DNA of 60,057 nt, the filler included, from Sphacelaria rigidula (Eukaryota), in the NCBI GenBank assembly GCA_964200075.2. It is 10 parts of 10 records of this genome, joined end to end, with 100 filler letters (N's around TTAATTAATTAA, not from the genome) between each part and the next. Parts side by side here need not be neighbours in the genome. Positions count along the whole stretch, not along the records: positions 12,033 to 17,948 come from CAXNAA020023510.1; positions 18,049 to 23,964 come from CAXNAA020023511.1; positions 24,065 to 29,980 come from CAXNAA020023512.1; 7 more parts are not named here. One strand, 5' to 3'. The first letter of the stretch is position 1. The number at the start of each line of letters is the position of its first letter. The translations under genes and the position numbers were made by a program. Below are positions 13,065-24,245 of the stretch, piece by piece. Under the pieces are notes generated by a model. That model was not told the DNA's origin. It made no database searches and saw only the letters and a list, made by a program, of their open reading frames with translations.

Positions 13065-13762
13065 ACATGTTTCTTGCAGATGAGTTGCGTAGGTATATAA
13101 GTAACCGTGGGAGTTATTTTCAGCGGACGGAAGTTACAACCCGTGCGTAGGGTCGATGGGGACGTTGTAGAGCGCCTGATGCAGTGCGCCGTTGTGTGCA
13201 GACGTCTACGGCGGGTCGTCCGGCTCCACCCTTGGGCGAATCGCCGGTTGTATCTCAAGATAATGCGTAATACTAAAATAGTGGCACGAACAACTGATAA
13301 AGCGAAAACGATTATCAAGACGTGGTGTTGCAGAGAACCTTATGGAATACTGTGCCACACGACCACCACACGCGGGTAGACTCCAGTCGTGAGGCGGCGT
13401 TCATAGCGCTCTGCACAGCGGGCGAACTGCCACGAATATTTGGTGTGATAACAACCGATGGTGAAAATTGAGGACAACGGTTTTCATTGACGGTGATGAG
13501 CGGTTTATTACAATCTTCATATATGTGGACCATGTTCTCTTTTGATATGCCTGCATTTCCTTCACGTACCGATAGCTATCACCAATTTCTGCATGCCATT
13601 CAAGATTGAAATCCGATAACCGAATTTCTGGGGTCCAATGTGCATATGTCCTGTGGTCATGGTGGGGGGGGGGGGGGGGGGGGGGGGTGAGAAAGAGGGA
13701 GACGGAAACCCTCTTCNNNNNNNNNNGTAGGGGGGGAGGGGGGATGGGATTGCGGGGGGGGA

Positions 13763-13795
<33 letters not shown>

Positions 13796-14236
13796 ACGTG
13801 ATGAAGATGGAACACGTAATCCATCCTCTACATCGTAGAACAGCGGTTCCAAGTGCTGCACGCTGGAACATCCGATGATGCTTTCCGTCCCTAACCCTTC
13901 ATTATTGCCCACCAAACTTCAGTCCCCATCACACCGCACATTCGATATGACGACGTGTGCTTCGAAGCAAACCCTGAAGCAGTTTCCGTGGTATCTCTCT
14001 TTTTTTCCCGACAGCTTACAGTATCATTGACGACACAAGGAATCGGCAGACCGCGAGTGTTCCTTTTCTTTCATTTTTTTCATTTTTCTCCTTTTTTTTC
14101 TCTGATCACGAGCTGGAGTGTTACAATCAGCTACGTAATGCGCGATCATCATATTCGTGTCTTGCTCGTGCTTGTGTTTGTGTAGGTGTAGGTGTAGGTG
14201 TTCGTCGTTATTTTGTTGTTGTTCTCGTTGCTTGCT

Positions 14237-14283
14237 TGGTGGTGGTGGTGGTGGTGGTGGTGGTGGTGGTGGTGGTGGTGGTG
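14237..14283. repeat. (TGG)n microsatellite
   Basis: About 15 perfect TGG units, read directly. Confidence 0.95.
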
Positions 14284-14289
14284 TTTTTT

Positions 14290-14454
14290 TGTTGTTATCG
14301 CTGCCCCCTTTCTTTCCTTTCTGAGGCCGTGGCTCCTCTCTTTTTCTGGTACTTTCTCTCTTCATCTTTATTATTCTGTTCTATTTTTGCTGTTCCTGAC
14401 CTCGGGCCAGATTGTAGCAAGCAGCTAATGTGAAAAAATCAATCAATCAGTCAA
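14290..14454 (+). mobile_element. 3' end of a non-LTR retroelement with an (AATC)n tail
   Basis: A T-rich UTR-like stretch ends in ...AGCAGCTAATGTG followed by AATCAATCAATCAGTCAA. Confidence 0.5.
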
Positions 14455-15339
14455 GTGTGCGTTTACACCTTGCGCGGCGATCCCGTAGGCACCCTTCATG
14501 CGCCGCCCCAGCGACAATGACAAGCACATGTCTGGAACATCTTTCCCACTGGCGGGCAGTGTTAATTGTTGCATGTATGCTTGCGGGAGAAGATATTACC
14601 CAGGCTGTAAACCAAATGGACGCGGCGCAATTACTACCTGCTCAATGTGGATATCACATGTGACACCATGGGTTTTCACGTCGCACCTCACATGTTATCA
14701 CACCTGCCACCGAGATGGTAATATCTCGACGCACACGGCAGCTATCGACACAAATCCAATTGCTCTGTGTAGAAAAACCGCGTACCTACCAGTCCTCCAC
14801 TTCTTGGCGGCCGAACACCCTTGTCACAAATTGGAAGTTGGGGTGAAGTGATCATCTACTTCAGATATTGCACTGTGTCGACACTCAATTGAAGTCTGCC
14901 AGGGCTTAAACGACGGCCAGTGTCTAGTAGTACCTATCTGTAGAGTTTCGGCTTCGTGACGTTTGTCAGTGGTGAGTAATCTTCTGTCGCGTAAAGGACG
15001 GATACGTTGGAAAATGACTTTCTCGCTTGTACAAAAAAGCAGTACTTTTTTTAGGGATATCCATCGCTGGTTTGTGAGCTGTATTGGGTGGAATCGAGCC
15101 GGACTGGGATGAGAAGGTAGCTTCAGATACATACTACAGCCGTGTATCGCTTTACTTGCTATATAACCTTATTCGCACTTCTTAGACTCCGTCGTGTCTT
15201 CATTCTGGGGGTGGTGGCGGGAAACGTGACACTAACGCCCGGCGTAACACTGACACCTAGCTGACACCCCGAACGATATAATATTTAGCGGATCATGACG
15301 ATTTTTGCTGTAAACGTGCCTTGGAGCGTGGGGAAACGA

Positions 15340-15460
15340 TCGATACCCTCACCTTCACCTGATTCGTTATCTATATCTTAAAATCTGGCGCACATACGAT
15401 TCGATAATAAACTTAACATATTACGACAGCAATGGCACTCATACTGGCACAAAATATAGA
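15340..15460 (-). repeat. Interspersed repeat shared with 5560-5670
   Basis: GATACCCTCACCTTCACCT.TTCGTT...TGGCGCACATA is the reverse complement of TATGTGCGCCA...AACGAACTAGGTGAAGGTGAGGGTATC in contig 1. Confidence 0.65.
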
Positions 15461-15648
15461 GTATATTAAGTCTTGTATAACACAAGTCTCCGGTCTCCCG
15501 TTCGGGGAAAGGTGTCCGATCTACGGGTACTAGTTTAGGCGAATATCATGTAAGGAGGGATTCGCGAAGAGGCGATTTGCTCCACCAGGCATCAGGTAGG
15601 CTCTCTCCAGGCGAGGGGAGGGTAAGGCCGGAAGCTAAGAGGTCAACC

Positions 15649-15783
15649 ATGACGAATCCAAATGATGACTGGGAAGGTGCTAGTACCATGCACAAGGCTC
15701 TCAAGGCTTTGGCCACGTCGGTGCGACCAATCTCGGCTTCTCGAGTCAAGACGGCCGCAGCAACGGCTATTCAAAATGTGAAG
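15649..15783 (+). CDS. First coding exon of a probable CTD-interacting-domain (CID; SCAF4/8-, Nrd1/Seb1-like) protein
   Basis: Start context is CAACC-ATG and the donor is AAG|GTGCG. The 45 aa, MTNPNDDWEGASTMHKALKALATSVRPISASRVKTAAATAIQNVK, resemble CID helices 1-2 (L..L.....PIS..K....T..AI...K). Confidence 0.5.
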
Positions 15784-18149
15784 GTGCGCTGCGCCAGTGT
15801 TTGGGCTCCGCCGGCAGGGGGCGGGGTGTGGGGGAAGGAGGGGGGGGGGGGTTATGCAAGTCGAAAATGCAAGTTTTTGATATGAGTTGTAGCTGCTAAC
15901 AAGGAGAACCATGCGTCTTCGGTGATTATCTCGAGTTGTTGGCATGTTTTGTGTGCGCAGCGGGAATCCTGGCGTGTTGGCGTGCGGCTTTCGTGTCTGA
16001 TGTTGGTCTGTTTCGGCGACCAAATTTACTCTCGTCTTTCAACTAGAAGGCCTAGGGTCCCTGTTTTGTAGCTTTCTTGGGATCAGGGAAGCTAGCGGCT
16101 TGACGTGGGCGGTCCTATGTGGCCCTAATTCTTGGCTTATTGTGATATATTTTGGCGGGTGGTGGGGCTGGTCGCACCCTGATGATAACGGCTAGCAGGC
16201 TTATTATTAAAGTGTATGTGCTGTACTATATCCCGTCGTTTCTCCTTCGTTTCCTCTACATCGTACTGCTGTTGAAATACCGTACAGTATACCATTACAA
16301 CACCATCCATCGTTTTGTTCCCCATTGCCCTGTGCTGGGCACGCGTGTCTGCTGCCGCCGTAACATTACAAGATTGGTTGCACACCCGACCACCGTAGCA
16401 GCAACACAAACAAGATCTGAACCGATTCACGGTAGATGTCGCTTTTAAGGGGTTCGTTGCACTGTTGAGTGGAAGGAAGATCGGGTACTCTTTGGCAACA
16501 GATCTCTGTACAAAAATCAAGTCAATTACGGAGTCTAACTTGAAATCTCGTATGGGCTTGTCCTTTCCTATGATTTACGGCTGCCTGGAAGGGTGCTGCG
16601 ATGTCAACTCACAGCGCGTATCTCGTACTAGTGCGGTGTCTGTGGTTTGCCCTTGCAGCCCTCTCTTGTAAGGAACTTGCGGTTCTCTTCTCGCTGTGGA
16701 TACCTACCTGTCGCCCCGGAATGACGAGTCCACCCGACAGCGAGAGTATGATGGTGAAGAATCTTAATTCAGTACAGCTGTCCTGAGCCCTTTATATATA
16801 CAGTACTGGGCGTACCCAGGTGAAAACCAACAGAACAGCCCTAGGAGAACCTGCTTAGAGTAGGGGCGCTATCATACGGAGTACATGGCACCAAGTGCGA
16901 ACGTATGGGTTACCTTACTCTTGGATTGCGGCCATTTTTGTTGCCCATGTGTGCCAATGAGAAATGTTTGTGTGAGTTATTCTCATGGGCGAAATCTTTT
17001 CTTCTGCAGTGAAGATCCAGACAGGCTCGGAGCGAAACATGCATGACAGGGGTACCCTTCTGCTGCGGTGAAGTGTTTTTTTTCTTGTACAGTCGCAAAT
17101 CTTCTAGTCTGCCGACAAGGGCGTTGTACTCCTAGGAAAATAAATAAATCAAACTAAGCTTCCGCACCAACTTCCCTTCCCCCGTTGCCCCAAGCTTGAA
17201 TCTCAATTCCGTGACTGACCTATTTGCTTGCATCGACCGTTCCACAGTTGCCCTCACATTAGCCTGGATTGTTTACATTCGTACCCGTTCCACAAACCAC
17301 AGATCCCGCTACGCGCGATCTTTCACTTTTCATTCGCGAATGATGCGGGAATAAAGATCCCAAAATCTTCGGGGTTATCAACAGGCGTGAATCGGCACTA
17401 ACCCGATACTGCCCTTATCGATGGAAAAGGTGCTGTTTTTCTCGTTTTTTGTATTATTTCGGCAGGGCTTCCGTGACGGTGGTATAAAAATGGGTCTAAG
17501 GCCGGATGTTATGGCAACAGATCTTTGTCCCAAAGATTTTGGAATCCTGGTGAAATAAATCCGCGGCAAATTTGGTTTCGGGAACGATATTATGGCAGCA
17601 CACAGATTTTCATACCATGTTGTTCTGATTTGTATACCTCCACAAGGGTTTCGAGTTTTATGTTTAGCGTGTTTCAACAGCTCACAGTCCCGTCGATGTC
17701 TCATGTGCTGTGGCGTGCTGTAGTAATGTAGCGTCACTGCCGCGGAGAGGTCATCACCACCCCACTAACACCAGTGCCGGTTCTTTCGAGCACATAGTAA
17801 CCGACCATGCCCTCCTCGTTCTTGCTAAAGTTGAATCCTTCATCGAAGGATCGCAAAACTCCCCGCCAGACAGCGACAGTGCGCATCACATGTCTACTCT
17901 CTCAACGTCTCTGCAATGGTTTTGCCAGGAGACCGACGAGCAAGGCGTNNNNNNNNNNNNNNNNNNNNNNNNNNNNNNNNNNNNNNNNNNNNTTAATTAA
18001 TTAANNNNNNNNNNNNNNNNNNNNNNNNNNNNNNNNNNNNNNNNNNNNTTTAGAGCTTAAATCCGTTTTTAGGCTGGCCCTGCTCGTAGCTGTGTTCGTT
18101 CATGTATTCATATCTAATCATCTCCGAATTCGCATATATACATACCTAT

Positions 18150-18260
18150 ATTGTCTTTCCCTTGTTCAAAAATTGAAATCAACCATCCATCCTCAATCAT
18201 CCTCAAACAATCTATTATAATCAATTAATTAATTAATTAATTAATTAATTTATATAATAT
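18150..18260 (+). mobile_element. Short retroelement 3' end with a (TAAT)n tail; second copy at ~19271-19350
   Basis: TTGTCTTTCCCTTG.TCAAAAA..GAAATCAACCATCCA...TCCTCAAACAATCT plus a TAAT/TTAA-rich tail is present twice, 1.1 kb apart. Confidence 0.55.
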
Positions 18261-20739
18261 TATATCCCATGTATAGCGTATAGTTATATCTCAAGTACGT
18301 GAGAAAAAATATATTAATCGCCGTGATTTGTCTGTTTATTAACCATAACTCTTTCCCCCCCCTCCAAAAAAAAAATGCCGCTGCATTCTTCTTCTTCAAT
18401 CACTCTCGTAAAGTTTGTCTGCTTACACGTACAAAACCGCCCAGCTCAAACACAAGAGAATGATGGCAACACACAGGGCCATACGAGAACGCTCCACATA
18501 AAAAATTGTACGCTTACAGTTTGAGATTTCTTGTGTGAACCATGGCACCGCCAACAATTTTATGGAGCTCTGACGCAAGAGGCACATGATCACTCGAACT
18601 CACGACATTATACAAAAGCAGCATACTCGGCGCAAAACGTGGTGCCCCATCCTCGATCGCAGGCCCCTAGATTTCGACCATGAAACAAAATCAACACTCG
18701 CAGAAGTTTGTCCTCGTCATTTTGGAAACATAGCATGGCGTCGCAACGTTGCTGCACCAGTTTGTCCCGGCTGATGAGGTCGTAGATTGGAGGCGCTGGC
18801 ACCGCGACTGCCGAACCCGGGAGGGTGTGCCCGCATATCCTCAGATCCTGGTCAGCGGTCGATGGATGCTACGGCGAGAATAACCATCGCCGGAGTTTTT
18901 AAGCCGTGTTCTTTCTTGTTTTCAGAGTTGTCTTCGTCGCCGGCATCGGGTTCGAATACGCAATAACCGTCGGAATCGGCGGGAGACGACCCTGCGCCGT
19001 CACGGTCACCGGCGAATTCGCCGTCTTCATCCGACTCGTTAGACGATGGTGCGGCCTCGTCGGTGGCCGGGCCTGTCCCAGAAGCCTGTCGTACAGTGAA
19101 GTAATCGGGGATCTTTCCTCAGTGCAGCCTACAGCTCATCGACACATCTAACGTCAGAAAGAGAAAACGGCGCAATACGTGGTTACTTCAACTCTCGTGT
19201 GGTGTTGACAATTGTATGGTGTATGCGTCGCTACAAACATGATTTGTAACCAAGATGATCTATATATATTTTGTCTTTCCCTTGCTCAAAAAAAGAAATC
19301 AACCATCCAACCATCCATCCTCAAACAATCTTTAATTTAATTAATTTAATTCATAGATATTAAATTTTATTTATGATGCTTTTTTGTCCAGAAAATTAAT
19401 AATCCAACCCATGCCACCCCAACCCAACTCCAACCCCCATTCCGAAATATTTTATTATATGTTTAACTAATGCTACGTGTGAACGCCCCCGTGCAACCGG
19501 GTCAATTAGGCCTACTCTTAAAACAGTACACTTCATAACACCCTTCAGCTCTACTTCACCGTGCGACAGTTTTCAGTTTCGAAAGCTTGCTGAGATAGTG
19601 CAATGTTTTCCCATCATCGTTCACGTTCGACGAGGGCGAGATTCGATCTTCGACCCAAGCAGTCAATGCCTGAAAGTGTGCGCGTAATAGGCAATATGCG
19701 GAGCCCTGATGGTGAATCTGACACTTTGATTTTGAAAAACGAAAATTTCACGTATACACGCATACACGTGGTGAACACAGGTGACGCCAGACTGCAGAAC
19801 GATTTCTTGGAGTTCGGTGAACTTTGGTGTCGCAGTTTTTTTGTTTTTTCTTCGTGTCTTTTTGGGTTGTCTGTCATTTGGCAATCGCAGCCTTTATTGT
19901 ATGTGTGCAACACATGACGTTCAAACGGTCAAGCGATTATATCTATATTTCCTCACACCATATGCGTCTGAATCGTGTAAGCGCGTCATATCAATATGAT
20001 CTCAATCAACAACAATCATAGGCGCTGTGTTTGTTGTTGCCTGTTTGCAGGCCTTTCTGTGTTCACAAACTTCGATTTCCCGGCGTTCGGGATTCGGTGA
20101 ATTTAACAGCCGATTTGCCGCTGTTCGGTGAATTTTGGAGCCGGATTCTATTGTCTCTGTCTGTACTATCTGCATTGCTTGCAAGCAGTGTCTTGGGTGC
20201 GTGTGTGCGTGTTTCGTTCAGGAGGATATAGAAGAGAAGCGGGCAACGTGCAGTGCACAGAGCCCAGGACTATCAGTTCTCTCTTCTTACAATGCGACGT
20301 GGAGAGGACTCCAGCAACGTGCAGTTTTGTGCTGCCTGCACTGTCCATGAGCCTGACCGCAACTCGGTTGCGCATCGTACCACGCAGTTCCGTCGCTGAT
20401 CCCTACCATGAGAGAAGACGCAAGGTCAAGTTTTCGCCAACAAAAATAAACAAAGCAAAACTAACTACTGTGTTGCAGTGTATCTATCCCTGGGCTCAAC
20501 TCATGCGCTATGCTGCAGGATTGCGGTGGTAGCTGAGAAGGAGTTGGATGGAGTTTGCATTGTCCTGTGAACAGGTGTGATCTGGCGTGGTGGTCTGTAA
20601 GATAGGAGTCAAGTGCCGCTTCGTGCCTTTCGATCGCATGTTTTCGATCGAACACGCTTGTTTTCAACCTCGTTGCATTATTCTCCGCGCGCCCCTAATT
20701 ATAATTTTGAGTTGAAGCCTTCTGGGAACATAAATGCGG

Positions 20740-22812
20740 TGCATGTTTCAGATCGGCGAAAAAAGAATCGACCGCACTTTTTCGATAAAAAAAATAAAGT
20801 GCCAAGGCCAACTCTTATGGAAGAGTTTGAAATTTCATTTTGCAACAATTTCAGAGGAGTTTTTCTTCTTTTTGTCATCATGGTGAGGGGGCACAAAATA
20901 CACAGCTACGGCAAAGCAAAAGAAATATTTTAAAATTATTGCAAAATAAAATTCTAAACGCTCCTATAAGAGTTGGCCTAAGGCGACGGCCTAAGGTGAA
21001 CGGGCACAAAATACACAACTACGGCAAAGAAAAAAAAAATCGTTAAATATTATTGCAAATCAAAATTCTAAACGCTCCCATAAGAGTTGGACTAAGGGCG
21101 TGTCTTAGACCAACTCTACAGGGAGCCGTTCAAAATTCCTGTTCAAAACTGCCTTTTGGGCCTTTCTCCATCGATTTACGCCCGGAAAGAGGACTAGGCG
21201 GATGTTGACGCCTTGGAATGACTTGCTCTACTCGTCGAGACCGTTCTAAGTCAACTTTTGCATTTCCCGCTGGCCGCACTTTTGTTTTTGGCAAAACCAG
21301 GCCAAACGCGAATTTTCAGTATAAAAGGATCAGGTGATCAAAATTTTCCCCCTTTTGTTGATCGCTCGACCGTTTTTTGTTGAAAATCCGTGTTTGGCCA
21401 AAAATGAAAGTGCGGCCAGCGGGAAATGCAAAGTTGCCCTGGAACGACCTCAATGAGTAGAGCGAGCATTCCAAGGCGTCAATGTTCGCCTAGCCCTCTT
21501 TCAGGCGAAAAACGACCCAGAAGGGCAAAAAAGGCAGTTTCGTACAGAGATTTCGAACGGCTCCATTAGAATCGGTCTTAGGTCGCGTCTCAGCACTTCT
21601 TTTTCGCTCGAAAAAGTGCCGTGGAAAACAAAAATCCCGATCTGATAGGCCATGATTTCAACCATCGTCGGAAAAATCGAAGATGGTTAAAACCACAGCC
21701 TATCAGATCGGGATTTTTGTTCTTCACCGCACAATTTCGATCGAAAAAAAAAGGTGCGAAGACACGCCCTTCGTTGATTGGTTTTCGATCTAAAATGTGC
21801 GGTTGAAATAAAAAGTCCTGATTTGATAGATTGTGATTTCAACCATCTCCACAATTTTCGACAATGGTTGAAATTACGACCTATCAGATCAGGATTTTCG
21901 TTCTCCACCGCACATTTTAGATCGAAAACCAATGTGCGAGGACACGCCCTAAGGCTAACTCTAATGGGAGTCGTTCAAAATTCCTGTTGAAAACTGCCTT
22001 TTCGGCCTAGACCGACTCTGTTGGTGCCGCGCCCCGGTGGTGCAATGGTCCGACTATCGCCATTGGAGTGGAGAGAACGGGGGTTCGATTTCCGATGCGT
22101 TGAGTTTTTTCTTCGTAATGTCTGATTTCCACCCTGGGAAGCGTGAGAACGTGAGTAAACAAGGTCGTCGACTGGGTTTGTGTGACNNNNNNNNNNGACG
22201 CGGTGCGGGAGTGATGACCCAACCCGCGAGATCAAAATGAAAGGCGCGTACCAGGGGAGAGACGGATTGATCCCTTGGGACCGCAGACTCATCCCGAGGA
22301 AGGGCAGGGGTTCAAAGTGTGAGGAAGAAGAAAAAACTGGGAGCCGTTCGAAATTTGTGTATAAAACTGCCTTTTTGGCCCTCCTCCGTCGTTTTCAGCC
22401 TGAAAGAGGGCTAGGCGGGGATATTGACGCCTTGGAATGACTTGCTCTACTCATTGAGGCCGTTCCAGGGCAACTTTGCACTTCCCGCTCGTGGCACTTT
22501 CATTTTTGGCCAAACGCGGATTTTCAACAAAAAACGGTCAAGCGATCAAAAACAGGAGGAAATTTTGATCACCTGACCGTTTTATACTGGACATCCGTGT
22601 TTGGCCTCATTTGGGCAAACACAAAAGTGTGGCCAGCGGGAAATGCAAAGTTGACCTAGAACGATTTGAACGAGTAGAGCAAGTCATTCCAAGGCGTCAA
22701 CATGCGTCTAGCCCTCTTTTCGGGCGTAAATCGACGGAGAAAAGCCCAAAAGGCAGTTTCAGACAGGGTTTTTGAACGGGTACCATTAGAGTTGGCCTGA
22801 GACACGCCCTGA
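20740..22812. mobile_element. Nest of PIF/Harbinger (Tourist-like) foldback MITEs
   Basis: The elements are 20806-20978 (GGCCAACTCTTA..TAAGAGTTGGCC), 21096-21949 (GGGCGTGTC...GACACGCCC, TAA both sides), 21108-21577 (GACCAACTCT...AGAATCGGTC, TTA both sides), 21581-21769 and ~22010-22797. GG/GA termini with 3-bp TWA duplications are characteristic of PIF/Harbinger. Confidence 0.8.
22031..22336 (+). mobile_element. tRNA-derived SINE inserted in a MITE TIR
   Basis: Pol III A-box TGGTGCAATGG (22038-22048) and B-box GGTTCGATTTCC (22082-22093) are at tRNA-like spacing. A non-tRNA body ends in a GAAGAAGAAAAAA tail. The element interrupts GACCGACTCT...TGGGAGCCGTTCGAAA. Confidence 0.65.
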
Positions 22813-24064
22813 AAGGGTAAGAAAATTGCGCGAACGAACGGATCGAACATTACGCCCGTGCCGGATCTTCCATCTTCTACTCATCACATATGACAGAGTT
22901 TCATAACCGATACAGATATCCAATCTTTGGCTCAACCTCTTGGTAGGAGTCATTGCCTTTACTATCTCCCACAGTAAATTAATCCCCTTCCACGCCTATC
23001 GTGGAGGACGGGGCCGCCGATAGGCGGCTCCGTCCGATCCTTGTATTATTTATAATTACGCGTCGGAACAACAAATTCAGTAATGTTTGAATTTTGGGTT
23101 GGGGTTGGGATTGGTTGGGGTTGGATCGTTATTTTCGGGGAAAGGGAGCACAATATTATCGTCCTCGCGCCATGCATACACCACCGCGAACACGTGATGA
23201 AAAGGTGATGACGCCGGGTGATAAATGTGCATAAACACCCGATGTTCATCGGCAGTCTTTGCAACAGTCTATGTACCCTCCAGTACTTTTGTGATATTTT
23301 CGCAGGCGACGTTCGTCCAAAGTTTTCACGCATGCCACCGCTCATCCCAGAGAACATTTGATCGTCAAGTTTGGGGATCGGAAGATACTACGCATCCACT
23401 CGACAGTATTGAAAATATGACGGGCTGAAGTGATATATTCGGGGACACTGCGGCTACGGAGTCGTAGCTTCTAACCCTTCGGTATTTTGCTCGATGGAAG
23501 CAATCCATGGAGGCAATCCCGACCGTTGCTGTGAAGAAGCGAAGTGGAGTTTTGTTCTATTTATTATCATCTGTTCTTTTGCGCTAGAGTCGGAAAACTT
23601 TGGGTTTTAGACCAGTGAAGGTCGATATCCCCCGATGGACGTCGTGTTTACTCCGCCTCACCCCGATGACAACGACTTCATGATTGTCCCCATGAGGGTG
23701 ACCTGCTTTTGTTTCCAAAATGTAGATAGACGCTAGAAATTTCCAGAGGAGACATAATATACCACAAAATTCAGAAACTTACCCAGGTACGAAAATTGCC
23801 GGACCGTGCAGAGCATAGCATAATCGTAACAGCTCTCGTTAACAAACTTGCAGGCCTTTATTTTTCATTTCAACATAACCGTTGCGCTACGAGCTGGGCC
23901 AGCCTAGAGGCTGCATGAAAGTTTGCAGGCGGATACGCCGGCCAATATTTGGAGTTAGACCCTGNNNNNNNNNNNNNNNNNNNNNNNNNNNNNNNNNNNN
24001 NNNNNNNNTTAATTAATTAANNNNNNNNNNNNNNNNNNNNNNNNNNNNNNNNNNNNNNNNNNNN

Positions 24065-24245
24065 ACCCCCTCTCGCGATAAAAAATAAAGGCAAGCACCG
24101 CAGAAGGAAGGTGGGGTTTTAAAAACAAATTTAAAAAAAAGAAAAAGCTCCTGTGTTGACCTTCCGCCTATGTGACCCCGGCTGATGCGCCCACATATAC
24201 CGAAGGGTGTAGGCAGGTGCCCAGAATAAATAGGACGACAAGACA
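24065..24245 (-). repeat. Interspersed repeat, probably a non-LTR retroelement 3' region
   Basis: The minus strand reads GTCGTCCTATTTATTCTGG...CAGCCGGGGTCACA...CCACCTTCCTTCTGCGGTGCTTGCCTT...TATCGCGAGA. This resembles, from memory only, an abundant brown-algal repeat. It is cut by the contig end. Confidence 0.45.

Noticed and set aside
16460..16885. Solo LTR candidates (also 25519-25912, GTTATG...CATAAC)
   Set aside because: The composition and termini are LTR-like, but no matching TSD could be identified, so support is too weak to list.
18530..19130. Minus-strand acidic coding-like segment
   Set aside because: It has multiple stops and frame changes and no recognisable motif.
22031..22100. 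Functional tRNA gene
   Set aside because: The A and B boxes are present but the acceptor stem does not close, and the sequence continues into a SINE-like body.
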